From UHGV virus genome UHGV-0140522: 64,000 bases of DNA; one strand, 5' to 3'. A program made the position numbers and the translations under genes. Shown in pieces: positions 19,383 through 29,498 of the stretch (position 1 is the first letter of the stretch; every line of letters starts with the position of its first letter). This DNA is from a virus. The notes beneath the pieces are model-generated. The model saw only the letters and a list, made by a program, of their open reading frames with translations. It had not been told where the DNA came from and did no database searches.

Positions 19383-19718
19383 TTATCCTTCATAAATTTG
19401 TCGGAAGGTCGCAGTGAGAACGAGATAGCCCTGGTAACGCTTCACAGTATGGCTGTCGCACACCACAACCATCTTTTTGCCACGAGGGTTCGTCCAGTAG
19501 AACGACTCAACGGCCGCGCGTGCCGTCAAAAAGTCATCGACGGCATTAATAACGTCGTAAGAGCGCGTAAATGTCAGGCTCCACTCTTCTTTAATGCGAT
19601 TGAGACCTTTGGCCTGGCGCTGTTCGTAATCGTCACCGAAATTCAGCACCGTCACGTTAGGCTTCACGGTCTTTTCCGACTCGTAGTCGGGATACCAGTT
19701 AAAAGTCAGTCTTTCCAT
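19383..19718 (-). CDS. minor tail protein (lambda M-like)
   Basis: A 111-aa protein lying between the tape-measure gene and the L-like gene. Confidence 0.6.
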   Translation of the reverse strand: MERLTFNWYPDYESEKTVKPNVTVLNFGDDYEQRQAKGLNRIKEEWSLTFTRSYDVINAVDDFLTARAAVESFYWTNPRGKKMVVVCDSHTVKRYQGYLVLTATFRQIYEG

Positions 19719-19759
19719 CTCACATCCTTGTGAGGCTGCCCCTTCCGGGGCAGCCGTGG

Positions 19760-22700
19760 TTAGTTACGTTGAGAGTTAGGGTTGAGCGAACCGCCTGGCC
19801 GCTTCTCCTGAGCGATGGTTTCAAGCGCGATCGCCTTCATGCGCTGCGCTGCCTGACTCCATGCGCCTTCGGAATTGCTGTTCTCCGAAACACTGCCGTC
19901 GCTGTTGACGTTGATCTCAATGCTGACAGGTGAGAAAACGCCGCCACCGCCGCCTTTAACACCCTCTGCGTTGAGCGTAACCGGGATGGAACGCCCATCC
20001 GGAAGCGGAACGTAGGCTTCGTTCATATCCCCTTCACCAAACAGCGCCAGCTGTGGAGAGTCAGCGATGCCACCTTTCTGGTACGCACGCAGCGGAACCA
20101 CGCCGTCTTTCCCGAAAATGCCGCCTTTGGCGAACTTCGGAATTGCCGGGATGCCGCCAGTACCATCAGATGCCGATCCGGTGAGATTGTTGAACCCGGA
20201 GTTAGAGCCGGAGGAACCCGATCCGATGTTGTCGAAGCCACCACCAGCCCAGGCAGACACCAGCCCAGAGGCAATGGTAGCGCCGAAGCTCAACCACTTA
20301 TTGCCAGAGCCGGACATGTTTGCTCCCAGCATGGCAAACGCGGCAGAAAGCGCCCCCGTGACAGAGCTAAGGTTCTGCATGGAGAAGATGGATGTCTTCA
20401 CCGCTTTGGTTTCCGCGTCTTTGGCTTCAGTACTGGTGAACAGTCCATTCACCCAGCTGCCGATCGCGTTGGTTGCAGAGCCAATCGCGCTGGTCGTCTG
20501 CTGAGTGGTCTGCCCCAGACCGGAGACCGAGCTGGAGGTCTCTTTCGTCGCCTCACCCACGCTCTTATCGCCGTTGACCGCATTCATCCGGACGCCCTGG
20601 TTGGCAACCGCTGATGCGACACCAGAAAGCAGATTGCCGCTCTGAGAGCTGCCCGCTGCCGTCGTTCCCATCCCCAGCATGTTCATGAGAGGCAGGGTGA
20701 TCTGCGTCTTCACAACCATGTTGGTGATGTCGCGGAGGATGGATTCTGCCAGGCTGGAGAAGTCCATTTTCCCCTTCATGACGAAGTCGGTCAGCGTATC
20801 CGTCATGTTGCTGAACAGGTTGCTCCAGCTGTTTTCCAGCTGATCGGCCAGATTCTCGTACTCAAGCGCCAGCTTCTGTGTCGCCGTACCCGTCTCTTTG
20901 ATGAGAGCGGTGTTGCCTGCCGCCACCAGCTGGTTAATCTGCTTGGTGTAAAGCGCCACGATTTTCGGATCAGAAGCCTGGTCACGCAGATCCATCAACG
21001 CTTTCAGGTTACGGTTGTAGGTGTCGTTGAAATCGGCCACCTTCTCTTCACGAGACGGCTTGTAACCCGCGCTGATGATGGAATCGGATTCCGGCGCCCA
21101 GGTGGAGATCATCTGCTCGACGTTGCGGCGGTTGAACATCTCGCGATAGTCGTCGCTCGCGTTAGCCAGGTCAGCCAGGCGTGACTTGGCTTTGTCGATC
21201 ATCTCCTGAGTGATGAACTCATTCGGTACGGCGTTGGCCAGTTCGGTCAGCGATTTGGTGGTATCGCGTAGAGACTGGTCAAACGACACGGTCGCTTTAG
21301 AGCTTTCACCCATCTGCCCCATAAGCTGATCGGCTTTATCCAGCGCTTTCTGGTAGCCGGCCGCCAGCTTACGCTGCGCATTTTCTTCCTTCCGTGCGGC
21401 ACGCTGAGAAGCATTGGCAGTACGCTGCCCGGCTTTTTCCGCAGCTGCGGCGTCCTGCTCACGCGCTTTGGTTAGTGCGGCGATCGCTGCTGCACGTTCC
21501 TCGTCGCTCATTTTCTCCAGAGAGCTGGCGCTGGAGGCTTTCTGCAGGTTCAGTTGGGTTTTGAGCTGCTTCGGCCCAATGATCGGCTTACCTTCGAAGT
21601 CCAGCATCGCCGTACCGTCTGGCAACGTGCGCTGATAGGTTGCGGAGTCCATCTGGTTGCGCATGTACTGCGCCAGAGCTTTCTGGGCCGCCTTGTCGCT
21701 CGTACCAAGCCCCAAAACGGTTCCCTGGTTGGACATGACACCCTTACCAGTTTTGGCAGCGTTATCACGCTCAAACTCGGCCTGAGTCAACTCCTGAGCG
21801 ACAGCTTCCAGATGCTCCTGATAGCCTCGAATACTGCCTTGTAGCTTCTGAATCTGCTCGGTATTGCCCTCTTTCTTCGCTTTTTCGAGCAGATCGTTGT
21901 AGTGGGCAATCTGCTTCTCGGTCGCGTTTTTACGGGAGGACAGTGAATCGACCAGTTTTTGCGCCGGTTCCAGGTATGACTTGTTCACCGTTTCACGGAG
22001 CGGTGCGAGAAGTTTGTTCTTCTCATCGTCAGACAGTGATTTGTCGTCATTGATTTTCTGGATCTTGTCCAGAGCCTCCTGACGTGCTTTCACAAATGTC
22101 GCAGAGAAGACCTGATTGTCGGCCCGGATTTTCTCAATCTGGGATTCTGCTGCCTCTTTAGCCAGACGTTTGGCTACAGCCCCGTCACCCAGCGCAATGG
22201 TGCCGGTAATCTTCTGGTACTCTTCCTGATTCTTCTTCAGGCGAGCCTCGATATCGGCTTTTGACTCTTTGTGAGTGACAGCGCCAACAGAGTTGGACAC
22301 ATAGCTCACGCTTTCGCCTGTTTTGAGCGCTCGCTGGTCTGCGATGATCTCTTTTTCGAGCTTTTCCGCACGCTCTGCCATCTGCGCACGTTTGGCCGCC
22401 GTCATCGCTTCCGGGATTTTGCGGATCTCGTCAACGACTTTTGACGTTTCGCTGCGGAGCATGGTCATATACGTGATAAGACCGGCTACAGCCACGGTAG
22501 CGACGGTGAACGCTGCACCAATGGGGTTTGCTGCGATGAACGCAGTTAGCCCAGCGAATGCCCCCTGTAACCCCGTGATCGCGCCACGGATAGCGAAGAT
22601 CAGCGATGGGATTGGAGCCAGACCCATACGAGCCGCACGATTAAAGCGGGTGACAGCTGTCGCGCCCAGATTGAACGGCGCCTGGATGACAGTCGACATC

Positions 22701-24364
22701 GTCGCAAACGTGTTAACCATCTGCCCGGCAGTGCCAATCACGCCCATGATGCCCGCGCGCATCAGTTTGAACGCCACCATAGCGGCCACTACTTTGCCCA
22801 GGTTGACAATCAACTCCTGGTTTTTCGCCAGCCACTGCGCCAGCTCACGTAAGCTGTCGATTGCGGTGGTAAGTCCGGAACCCAGCGAGTTAGCGAACGA
22901 AATGCCCTCTGCGCTATTCATGATGGAGGCCAGCTCTTTCATCCCCTTTGAGAGAGAATCCAGATAGCCCGCCTGACCGACACGATCGGCAAACAGCGTA
23001 AAGGAGGTTTGCAATTGCGCCAGCGCACCAGTGTAGGTTTGCATCATGTCTTTGGCGGCGTTTTCGTTCTCCGCACGCAGACCAACGAACATCAGCGATA
23101 GCGCCTGTTTCGCTTCCACAGTACCGGTGGAGACTGCTTTGGTCAGTTCCCCCATAGTGATACCGGCAGCGTCTGCCATCGCCTTCATCGCGTTAGGAAC
23201 GGCTTCACCTAATTGCTGACGCAGTTCTTCCATCGACACGACGCCCTTACCGGACATCTGCTGGACAGCCACGGCAGCACGTTTAAGCAGCTCGCTATCG
23301 CCGCCGAAGCGTGCAACGGAGTCCACCAGTGCTTTCAGCGATCCGTCAGTAGGATCGAGACCTGCCGAGCGGAATTTAACGAAGGAATCGGTCAGCGCCT
23401 GCATCGCAAACGGGGCGTTTTGCGCCATATCCACGATGTACTGCATATCCTCTGCGGCTGCTTTACCAGGGTTGGCCTTGTCCTTGTTCAGCCCGCGCAA
23501 CATGACGCGCATACGCTCCATTTCGGAGGCGGCTTCGACGATTGGCTTCTGCCAGCCAAACAGGATGTCAGTTACCGTTCTTGCCGCATCACCAATCTCG
23601 CCCAGCAGGAAAATATTGCCGCGCAGACCAGAGAACATGCCATTTTCAGCACCGCGCCCGCCGTGGCCATTTGTACCGCCACGTCGACCACCGCCACCAT
23701 TACCACCGCCCTCACCGTAGCCGCTGGTGCGCACACGTACCGGCTTGCTGATCAGTTGCTGGCGGCCAATCACGGCATCCATCTGATCGCGGACTTTCTT
23801 CAGCCCCTCGGCAGCCTGGCTCGTTGTGACGCCCCAATTACTGAGACGCTTCGTCGTGGTGTTAAGGCGCGTATTCATGCCACTCACGGATGAAGAGGCT
23901 TCTTTTACTTCCGTACCGAAGCGGCTGGCGCTCTTGCCAGCGAACGTTGCCCAATCGGAAAACTCGTTGAGTTCAGACTGAACCTTGCGCAGCGATGTGG
24001 TGAGTTTATTAACGGATGAGGTGGTTGTGTCGACGCGCTCAATCAGGGTTTTGAGACCTGAGTTGAGGCTGGTAATGTTGCCTCGCGTCTTGCGCGAAAC
24101 ATCAGACACAAGCTCGAAGCCGGCAGCTACATCCTGTAGTTTGTCTGCCGTGGCATCGAGCTTGGACTCCAGAACGCCGATGATGCGGGAGACCGAACCC
24201 AACGAGCGTTCCAGATTGTTAATTTTCTGAGCGGGCTTTGTGGCCTGCTCCCCGAATCTGGTAAGTAGCTTACCCGCCCGGTCGATTGACGCTGTAAACT
24301 GCTTGTCTTCCAGCGACAGGATAAACTCTACGTTTTGTGACATTCCCTTGTCATCCTCTGCCAA
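19760..24364 (-). CDS. tail tape measure protein
   Basis: A 1534-aa protein with coiled-coil and Gly-rich segments, in the position after the G/T chaperone pair. Confidence 0.85.
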   Translation of the reverse strand: MAEDDKGMSQNVEFILSLEDKQFTASIDRAGKLLTRFGEQATKPAQKINNLERSLGSVSRIIGVLESKLDATADKLQDVAAGFELVSDVSRKTRGNITSLNSGLKTLIERVDTTTSSVNKLTTSLRKVQSELNEFSDWATFAGKSASRFGTEVKEASSSVSGMNTRLNTTTKRLSNWGVTTSQAAEGLKKVRDQMDAVIGRQQLISKPVRVRTSGYGEGGGNGGGGRRGGTNGHGGRGAENGMFSGLRGNIFLLGEIGDAARTVTDILFGWQKPIVEAASEMERMRVMLRGLNKDKANPGKAAAEDMQYIVDMAQNAPFAMQALTDSFVKFRSAGLDPTDGSLKALVDSVARFGGDSELLKRAAVAVQQMSGKGVVSMEELRQQLGEAVPNAMKAMADAAGITMGELTKAVSTGTVEAKQALSLMFVGLRAENENAAKDMMQTYTGALAQLQTSFTLFADRVGQAGYLDSLSKGMKELASIMNSAEGISFANSLGSGLTTAIDSLRELAQWLAKNQELIVNLGKVVAAMVAFKLMRAGIMGVIGTAGQMVNTFATMSTVIQAPFNLGATAVTRFNRAARMGLAPIPSLIFAIRGAITGLQGAFAGLTAFIAANPIGAAFTVATVAVAGLITYMTMLRSETSKVVDEIRKIPEAMTAAKRAQMAERAEKLEKEIIADQRALKTGESVSYVSNSVGAVTHKESKADIEARLKKNQEEYQKITGTIALGDGAVAKRLAKEAAESQIEKIRADNQVFSATFVKARQEALDKIQKINDDKSLSDDEKNKLLAPLRETVNKSYLEPAQKLVDSLSSRKNATEKQIAHYNDLLEKAKKEGNTEQIQKLQGSIRGYQEHLEAVAQELTQAEFERDNAAKTGKGVMSNQGTVLGLGTSDKAAQKALAQYMRNQMDSATYQRTLPDGTAMLDFEGKPIIGPKQLKTQLNLQKASSASSLEKMSDEERAAAIAALTKAREQDAAAAEKAGQRTANASQRAARKEENAQRKLAAGYQKALDKADQLMGQMGESSKATVSFDQSLRDTTKSLTELANAVPNEFITQEMIDKAKSRLADLANASDDYREMFNRRNVEQMISTWAPESDSIISAGYKPSREEKVADFNDTYNRNLKALMDLRDQASDPKIVALYTKQINQLVAAGNTALIKETGTATQKLALEYENLADQLENSWSNLFSNMTDTLTDFVMKGKMDFSSLAESILRDITNMVVKTQITLPLMNMLGMGTTAAGSSQSGNLLSGVASAVANQGVRMNAVNGDKSVGEATKETSSSVSGLGQTTQQTTSAIGSATNAIGSWVNGLFTSTEAKDAETKAVKTSIFSMQNLSSVTGALSAAFAMLGANMSGSGNKWLSFGATIASGLVSAWAGGGFDNIGSGSSGSNSGFNNLTGSASDGTGGIPAIPKFAKGGIFGKDGVVPLRAYQKGGIADSPQLALFGEGDMNEAYVPLPDGRSIPVTLNAEGVKGGGGGVFSPVSIEINVNSDGSVSENSNSEGAWSQAAQRMKAIALETIAQEKRPGGSLNPNSQRN

Positions 24365-24620
24365 AAATTTGCATCAGTTGCTCTTTGGCGTCAGGGTCTG
24401 CCTTATCCTTGCGTGGATCGTAGACTTTATCGGTTACGACTGGTCTTCCAATCCTGAGTTGCAAACCCTCCATGAACGCCTTCACGCCCTCGCCATCTGC
24501 CTGGGCAGCGCGAGCGACTTGCAGGTTGCGGACATCCTCTTCCGCGCGCAGACGGTCGATGTTGCGACTGAGCATCCAGAACATCGTTAGAGGGACGCCC
24601 AGCAGCTCTAATGGCGACAC
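24351..24620 (-). CDS. T-like segment of a tail assembly chaperone, probably made as a G-T fusion by a -1 frameshift
   Basis: This reading frame is -1 relative to the G-like gene. It opens just after a TGA inside the last few codons of G and runs to a stop at the tape-measure start. Confidence 0.45.
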   Translation of the reverse strand: MSPLELLGVPLTMFWMLSRNIDRLRAEEDVRNLQVARAAQADGEGVKAFMEGLQLRIGRPVVTDKVYDPRKDKADPDAKEQLMQIFGRG

Positions 24621-24700
24621 GGCGTAGTGAGCAACTACACGACTGAAATAGAATCCGAGATCTATCGATACGGTCTTTACCCCGGATTCATCGCGGGAAA

Positions 24701-25018
24701 TTACTTTGCCCCTTCACCAGCCGCTTTTTCGTTCTCTTCATCAATCACTTCCATAGCGAAGGTGAAGATCTGCTGGAGCTGCGGAACAGTCAGTTTTTCC
24801 AGTACAGCGTCCGGCACGGATGGGATGACCTTGCGAACCAGGTCGGCGTAAGCAGTTACCTGCTCAACAGGCGACATGTTCTGAAGGTCTTTGCCTTCCA
24901 TCTGCTTGATGGAGACGAACAGGCCAACAGTCATTTCAACGATGGGGTATTCCTGACCGCCGAACTTGATGCTTTTCTTCGGAGGCAGAATGGAGTCGAG
25001 ATCGAGTAATTTGGTCAT
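24701..25018 (-). CDS. tail assembly chaperone (lambda G-like)
   Basis: A 105-aa acidic protein between the major tail and tape-measure genes. Confidence 0.55.
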   Translation of the reverse strand: MTKLLDLDSILPPKKSIKFGGQEYPIVEMTVGLFVSIKQMEGKDLQNMSPVEQVTAYADLVRKVIPSVPDAVLEKLTVPQLQQIFTFAMEVIDEENEKAAGEGAK

Positions 25019-25077
25019 TGGTTAAAGTCCTTTTAAAAGAGAGGCTCTTCCTGAGCCTCTGCTTAGTTACGTCGCGA

Positions 25078-25824
25078 TTATTCGGCAGAATTAACCGTTA
25101 CTGCTTTGGTCGCTTTCTTGCCGCCGCTATTGCTGGTAAAGGAGATATTTGCCGAACCTTCAGCTACTCCGCGAACCAGACCAGTCTGGTCAACGGTTGC
25201 TTTCTCCTGATTGTCGGATTCCCACACACCGGTTTTATCGCCGGCATCTGCAGGGGTGATCTGGGCAGTCAGCTGCACGGTCTCACCGGCTTTAACTTCC
25301 GGAGATTCCGGAGAGATAGAGACGGTTTTAACCGGCTTTGGGCCGCTCATTTTCCCCAGCACGCCGTCGTCATCCGGGTAAGCGGTGAACTGAACGGAGA
25401 ACACGCGAACATCATCAGACTGGTAGGTCATGGTGAAGTTACCTGCGGTCGCAGCTTTCGGGATGGTCAGAACGTAGTCGGTGGTATCCTGCGGGGTCAG
25501 AACCAGCTCTTTGGCTACGTCGATCAGGTTGATGCCCTGTGCGGAAGTGATGGTCACAGCGTTATCTTCTTCGCTCAGGGTAGATCCCGGCATCAGATCG
25601 ACCATATTCTGCAACACAGACTCGGCCAGCGGCGCAGTGATAGTGATGTTACGACCCTGCACCAGCTCGGAGATGGTGGTCTGCCCCAGCTGGTCTACGG
25701 TGACTTTCAGAGTTTCGGTCGCAACCTCAACCTGAACACCGCCTTTGGTGTAACCCAGATCAACGCCACCAAACGACACTTTGCAGGCGCCAAGTTTGAT
25801 GTTTTTTACATGGGTATTGGACAT
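25078..25824 (-). CDS. major tail protein (lambda V-like) with a C-terminal Ig-like (Big_2) domain
   Basis: A 248-aa protein. The C-terminal segment resembles the Big_2 repeats seen in the decoration protein. Confidence 0.75.
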   Translation of the reverse strand: MSNTHVKNIKLGACKVSFGGVDLGYTKGGVQVEVATETLKVTVDQLGQTTISELVQGRNITITAPLAESVLQNMVDLMPGSTLSEEDNAVTITSAQGINLIDVAKELVLTPQDTTDYVLTIPKAATAGNFTMTYQSDDVRVFSVQFTAYPDDDGVLGKMSGPKPVKTVSISPESPEVKAGETVQLTAQITPADAGDKTGVWESDNQEKATVDQTGLVRGVAEGSANISFTSNSGGKKATKAVTVNSAE

Positions 25825-25898
25825 TGTTGGAAAACTCCTTTTTCCGTTAAATCAGCACCTTCATGGCGCTAATGGTAAGTATATACTTACTTATTTTA

Positions 25899-26282
25899 TT
25901 AATTCAACAAATAGCCCGCAAATTCAATCGGGATACCCGCTTCAATTAATGAGCCTTCGTTTTTGGGATAAGTGATCGGCATAGACATTGGCCGAACCAA
26001 CCGGAAGTAAACGCCCTCTGACACGGTTTCTTCGACCGGGAACATATCCATGATCTTATTGGCTTTCGCCACCGCCTTTGTGATCGTCGCATTACGCACG
26101 ATGACGGTGAAAGAGTCGTGATAAAAGCCTTTCAACTCATGGTCAATAGCGATCCCCGTATTGGGATTAACCAACAGAACACCGGACTTCACATTGGCTG
26201 GCATGTAGTGACAGAAAATGTCAGCGCCGACTGTACCGATCTTCGCCTTCTGCATCAGGCTCGCAAATGCTTCAATAAACAC
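25899..26282 (-). CDS. tail terminator (lambda U-like)
   Basis: A 127-aa protein immediately upstream of the major tail gene. Confidence 0.5.
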   Translation of the reverse strand: MFIEAFASLMQKAKIGTVGADIFCHYMPANVKSGVLLVNPNTGIAIDHELKGFYHDSFTVIVRNATITKAVAKANKIMDMFPVEETVSEGVYFRLVRPMSMPITYPKNEGSLIEAGIPIEFAGYLLN

Positions 26283-26283
26283 A

Positions 26284-26757
26284 TCAACCTCTCGTAAAAC
26301 CTGCTTTCCTTGCCGCTTCTGCTATCGTCTGAGTGAACTGTTTTTCACTGATCTGTACGGCTCTCTCAAGGAACAAAGGCCCAACTCGTGGCTTCACACC
26401 AGCGACTGGCGGGTTGGTGACGCTCTTCATGCGAGAGAGATAGCCGAGACGATACTTGCCCAACTCCATGTACTCCGCATAATCGCCAACCTCAACGCCC
26501 GGATGCCCTTCGCGTGGTTTGGCTCCAAATACCGATAACTCAATACGAAGCCCGGTATAACCTTCTTTGACCACTCTCGCGAAGATCGCGCTTTCGAGTG
26601 AGCCAGTCTCCAGCGGGGCCATTGCCCGCGCAAGACGCTCAACCAGACGCGCCAGCTTCTCCATGTCACGGATGAGATAACGCTTAAAGGCTTTCTGGCT
26701 GTTATTGAGCCTGTCGCCAGCACGCTTAAACTGATGCGCGTCGTACTTCAGACCCAT
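26284..26757 (-). CDS. head-tail joining / tail completion protein (in the lambda Z position)
   Basis: Position-based call. The preferred start is MGLKYD… at 26757. Confidence 0.4.
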   Translation of the reverse strand: MGLKYDAHQFKRAGDRLNNSQKAFKRYLIRDMEKLARLVERLARAMAPLETGSLESAIFARVVKEGYTGLRIELSVFGAKPREGHPGVEVGDYAEYMELGKYRLGYLSRMKSVTNPPVAGVKPRVGPLFLERAVQISEKQFTQTIAEAARKAGFTRG

Positions 26758-27092
26758 ATGTTTGCCCCTACTTCCAGATGCCCTGGGCACCCACGCAGTC
26801 CCCAGCGACGATGCACGCTGGATACCTTCAGCTTTTGCCCCTCCAGAATGAGAACGTCATCAAGCTGTACTGCGGCCTCAAGTGGGATCACCAGAACAGC
26901 ATCGAACAATTCCAGATCCGCTTTACCGCGACTGCCGGAGCTGTCCGCACGTACCGATGATTTCTCGTTACTTTGCTCAAACTTAACGACGCCGACGTTC
27001 GTCTTCCTGACGAACTGCAATTGCGCTTCACCGTAGACGTTCTTCGAACCCAGACGGTAAATCGCTATCTCTGCTTGCCATGAAATGTTCAT
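26748..27092 (-). CDS. head-tail joining protein (in the lambda FII position)
   Basis: The internal start MNISWQ… at 27092 has a GGGAGAG RBS. The longer ORF beginning at 27206 would overlap the upstream gene. Confidence 0.4.
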   Translation of the reverse strand: MNISWQAEIAIYRLGSKNVYGEAQLQFVRKTNVGVVKFEQSNEKSSVRADSSGSRGKADLELFDAVLVIPLEAAVQLDDVLILEGQKLKVSSVHRRWGLRGCPGHLEVGANIWV

Positions 27093-27189
27093 GCACTCTC
27101 CCTGTGGTTGGCAGCCGCACTCATTACCAGGCGAAGGCGCGATTGCTCGTCTTGAGCCTTTCGACCAGAAGTAAATAATGCGACTGGCG

Positions 27190-28023
27190 TTACGCACGGC
27201 GAACAATCATGCGGTTATTGATGTAACTGACCAGCAGTCGCCAGGTACTGCGAGCCACATGCACATTTGCCGCTTTGCCGGTGCGGTACATATTGGTCGT
27301 TTCACCAATGGACTCAGACAGAATGCCGTCCTCGCGGGCTGCCGCTACGTCATTACCGTTAGCGATTTCGCAGGCTTCATTAACCACGGCCAGCATTAAT
27401 GCCTGTTTGAAGTAGTCCGGGAACTCGTCGAATTTCTCAGGCGTCATCTGCTCCCAATCGATCAGATCGTGACGATATGCCCCGTCAGCGCCCCACGGAA
27501 TGTCATAGACGTTCAGCATGTTTTGCGGGCGATCGTACCGGTCGAAGTCGATACGCAGGACTTTGCGGATTGAGAACGGCAGCGTTTTGACGCGTCTGGT
27601 GGCCTCAATGAGACGTTTGCGCATCAGCCCTTCGCCATCAGCTAACAGAGTGTCGCCGTTCAGCATATCGATAGCTTGCATCTGGGCGTCTGCGACCGTT
27701 GCGAATGACTGGCCTGGAATTGACAGCTCGAAGCTATTCAGCAGAACGTACATCTTGCGCTCTTCATGCGTCAGCCCGGATGCCACCGCTTTGACAATGA
27801 CGTGTCGCAGATCGCGCTCTTTATCTGAAAGAAGGTTGTGTTCGGCCGACACGACAACCGGAATGGACATCTGCCCCTCAGTAATATCGAGAGGTTCGTT
27901 ATCGACGATGATCGCACCTGCGCCATCTCTGACGGTATACGTGGCCGACTCAATATCCAGAACGTTAAATGCAAACGACAGGGAAACTGCTTCCCCGCTA
28001 CGGTACGTGTCGATCTGCGCCAT
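27190..28023 (-). CDS. hypothetical head/neck protein (277 aa)
   Basis: Long ORF inside the morphogenesis block, with start/stop overlap to its neighbour. Confidence 0.4.
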   Translation of the reverse strand: MAQIDTYRSGEAVSLSFAFNVLDIESATYTVRDGAGAIIVDNEPLDITEGQMSIPVVVSAEHNLLSDKERDLRHVIVKAVASGLTHEERKMYVLLNSFELSIPGQSFATVADAQMQAIDMLNGDTLLADGEGLMRKRLIEATRRVKTLPFSIRKVLRIDFDRYDRPQNMLNVYDIPWGADGAYRHDLIDWEQMTPEKFDEFPDYFKQALMLAVVNEACEIANGNDVAAAREDGILSESIGETTNMYRTGKAANVHVARSTWRLLVSYINNRMIVRRA

Positions 28024-28469
28024 TACTCACCGCCCTGTGCTTTCAGGATGCCTTCGATCATTTCAACGATACCTTTGGCTTTCACGCCAATCTGGTTGCC
28101 GATCTGACGCAGACCAGCAATACCTTCACAGTCCGCAATCGACTCCAGCTCTTCACGAGTAAAGCGCTGTACCGGTTTGGCTTCCACTTCAGCCGTACCA
28201 CGTTTCATTGGCACAATATCCGGGGCCGCCGTCTCGACAATGTCGTCCGCAGTTAAATCATTGCGGCTGCTGTACGCGGCAGAAGGAGATACATTTTTGC
28301 CTTCAACGGTAGTGGCACGCATGGAGGCACAAATCCGCTGCTGATCGATGAATGGCAGTTCGGCAACCGAGATGCCGTCGACAAACTGGATACCGCAGAG
28401 AATGCCCGTGTACCCCAAAAATTGAGGCTCCAATAAACGAATTTTTGCTGGTTTCATTCTTCTTCTCAC
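28023..28469 (-). CDS. hypothetical head completion protein
   Basis: Lies in the morphogenesis block. The C-terminal HhH-like segment LESIADCEGIAGLRQIGNQIG is the only motif I recognise. Confidence 0.4.
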   Translation of the reverse strand: MRRRMKPAKIRLLEPQFLGYTGILCGIQFVDGISVAELPFIDQQRICASMRATTVEGKNVSPSAAYSSRNDLTADDIVETAAPDIVPMKRGTAEVEAKPVQRFTREELESIADCEGIAGLRQIGNQIGVKAKGIVEMIEGILKAQGGE

Positions 28470-28500
28470 TTAATGGGCGGCATCGCCGCCCATGTGTTGG

Positions 28501-29424
28501 TTACGCAGCCGGTGCTGCGGTCACTTCAACGGTCGCAGTGGCTTTGTGGCTACCGTCTTCCGTGGTGACTTCGATAGTGGCAGTACCTGCAGCCACACCG
28601 GTCACAAGTCCAGTTGCGCTATCAACCGTCGCGAACTCGGCATTTTTTGACGCCCAGGTTACGCGCTTATTGGTTGCGCCAGCCGGTTCGATGTTCGCGG
28701 TCAGCTGTACCGTTTTGTTGGCTTCAACGCTGGTGGTGCTCGGATCGACAGAGACGCCAGTAACAGCAACGACAGGCTCAGTGACTTCAACCGTAGCAGT
28801 AGCTTTATGGCTGCCATCCTGCGAAACCACTTCAATGGTTGCCGTACCAACGGCTACGCCAGCTACGTTACCGTTCTGGTCAACGGTCGCTTTGTCGCTA
28901 TTTTTGGAAGTCCAGGTGACTCTTTTATTGGTTGCGTTTGACGGTTGTACATCAACGCGCAACTTGACCGATTTCCCCTTCTCAACAGAGGTAGAGTCTG
29001 GCGTTACCGTAACGGACTCCACGCTGACAGGCTTAACGGTCACTTCGACTGACGCAGAAAGCTGAGTCTGCTTATCGGTGGCGGTGATCTTCACTTTTCC
29101 CGGAGTCACGCCAGTAACCAGACCCGTACCGCTGACTGTGGCGACCTGGTCATTGGCCGACGTCCAGGTGAATGAATCTGCGCTTTTGCTCATGGTGATA
29201 CCTGCACTAAGTTGAACGGTTTTACCCACCAATACGGACGGCGCAGCCGGTGTAATGGTGACAGACTGAGTGAACGGAATTGCCCGGAAGCAAGCCGCAA
29301 GATGATTCTGCTGGCGCTCGCTCAGAGGCTCGTTGGAGATGGAATTGGTGAATTCGGCCCGGCACATATGCCCCGTGAAATCCGCAAACGCCTCTTCCGT
29401 GATCTTCATCTTTTGTTCTGGCAT
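28501..29424 (-). CDS. Ig-like (Big_2) repeat head decoration protein
   Basis: Three tandem repeats of about 90 aa (…TVTPxxxSVxxGKxVxLxxxVxPxxATNKxVTWxS…) lying directly after the capsid gene. Confidence 0.6.
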   Translation of the reverse strand: MPEQKMKITEEAFADFTGHMCRAEFTNSISNEPLSERQQNHLAACFRAIPFTQSVTITPAAPSVLVGKTVQLSAGITMSKSADSFTWTSANDQVATVSGTGLVTGVTPGKVKITATDKQTQLSASVEVTVKPVSVESVTVTPDSTSVEKGKSVKLRVDVQPSNATNKRVTWTSKNSDKATVDQNGNVAGVAVGTATIEVVSQDGSHKATATVEVTEPVVAVTGVSVDPSTTSVEANKTVQLTANIEPAGATNKRVTWASKNAEFATVDSATGLVTGVAAGTATIEVTTEDGSHKATATVEVTAAPAA

Positions 29425-29435
29425 TTCTCGCTCCT

Positions 29436-29465
29436 ACAAAAAGGGTGGGCGTATAGCCCACCCCT
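29436..29465 (-). terminator. rho-independent terminator after the capsid gene
   Basis: Stem gggtgggc / gcccaccc followed by a U-run on the minus-strand transcript. Confidence 0.65.
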
Positions 29466-29498
29466 AAACAGTAGATAATTACTTACCTACTATACTGA

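Noticed and set aside
22323-23893. Plus-strand ORFs of 214 and 226 aa inside the tape-measure gene
   Set aside because: They are antisense to a 1534-aa ORF with clear tape-measure character. Their composition is skewed (Ala/Arg-rich), as is typical of spurious antisense frames.
28471-28500. Palindrome atgggcggc-atc-gccgcccat after the decoration gene, considered as a terminator
   Set aside because: The stem is good, but no U-run follows on either strand. It was noted only as an inverted repeat.
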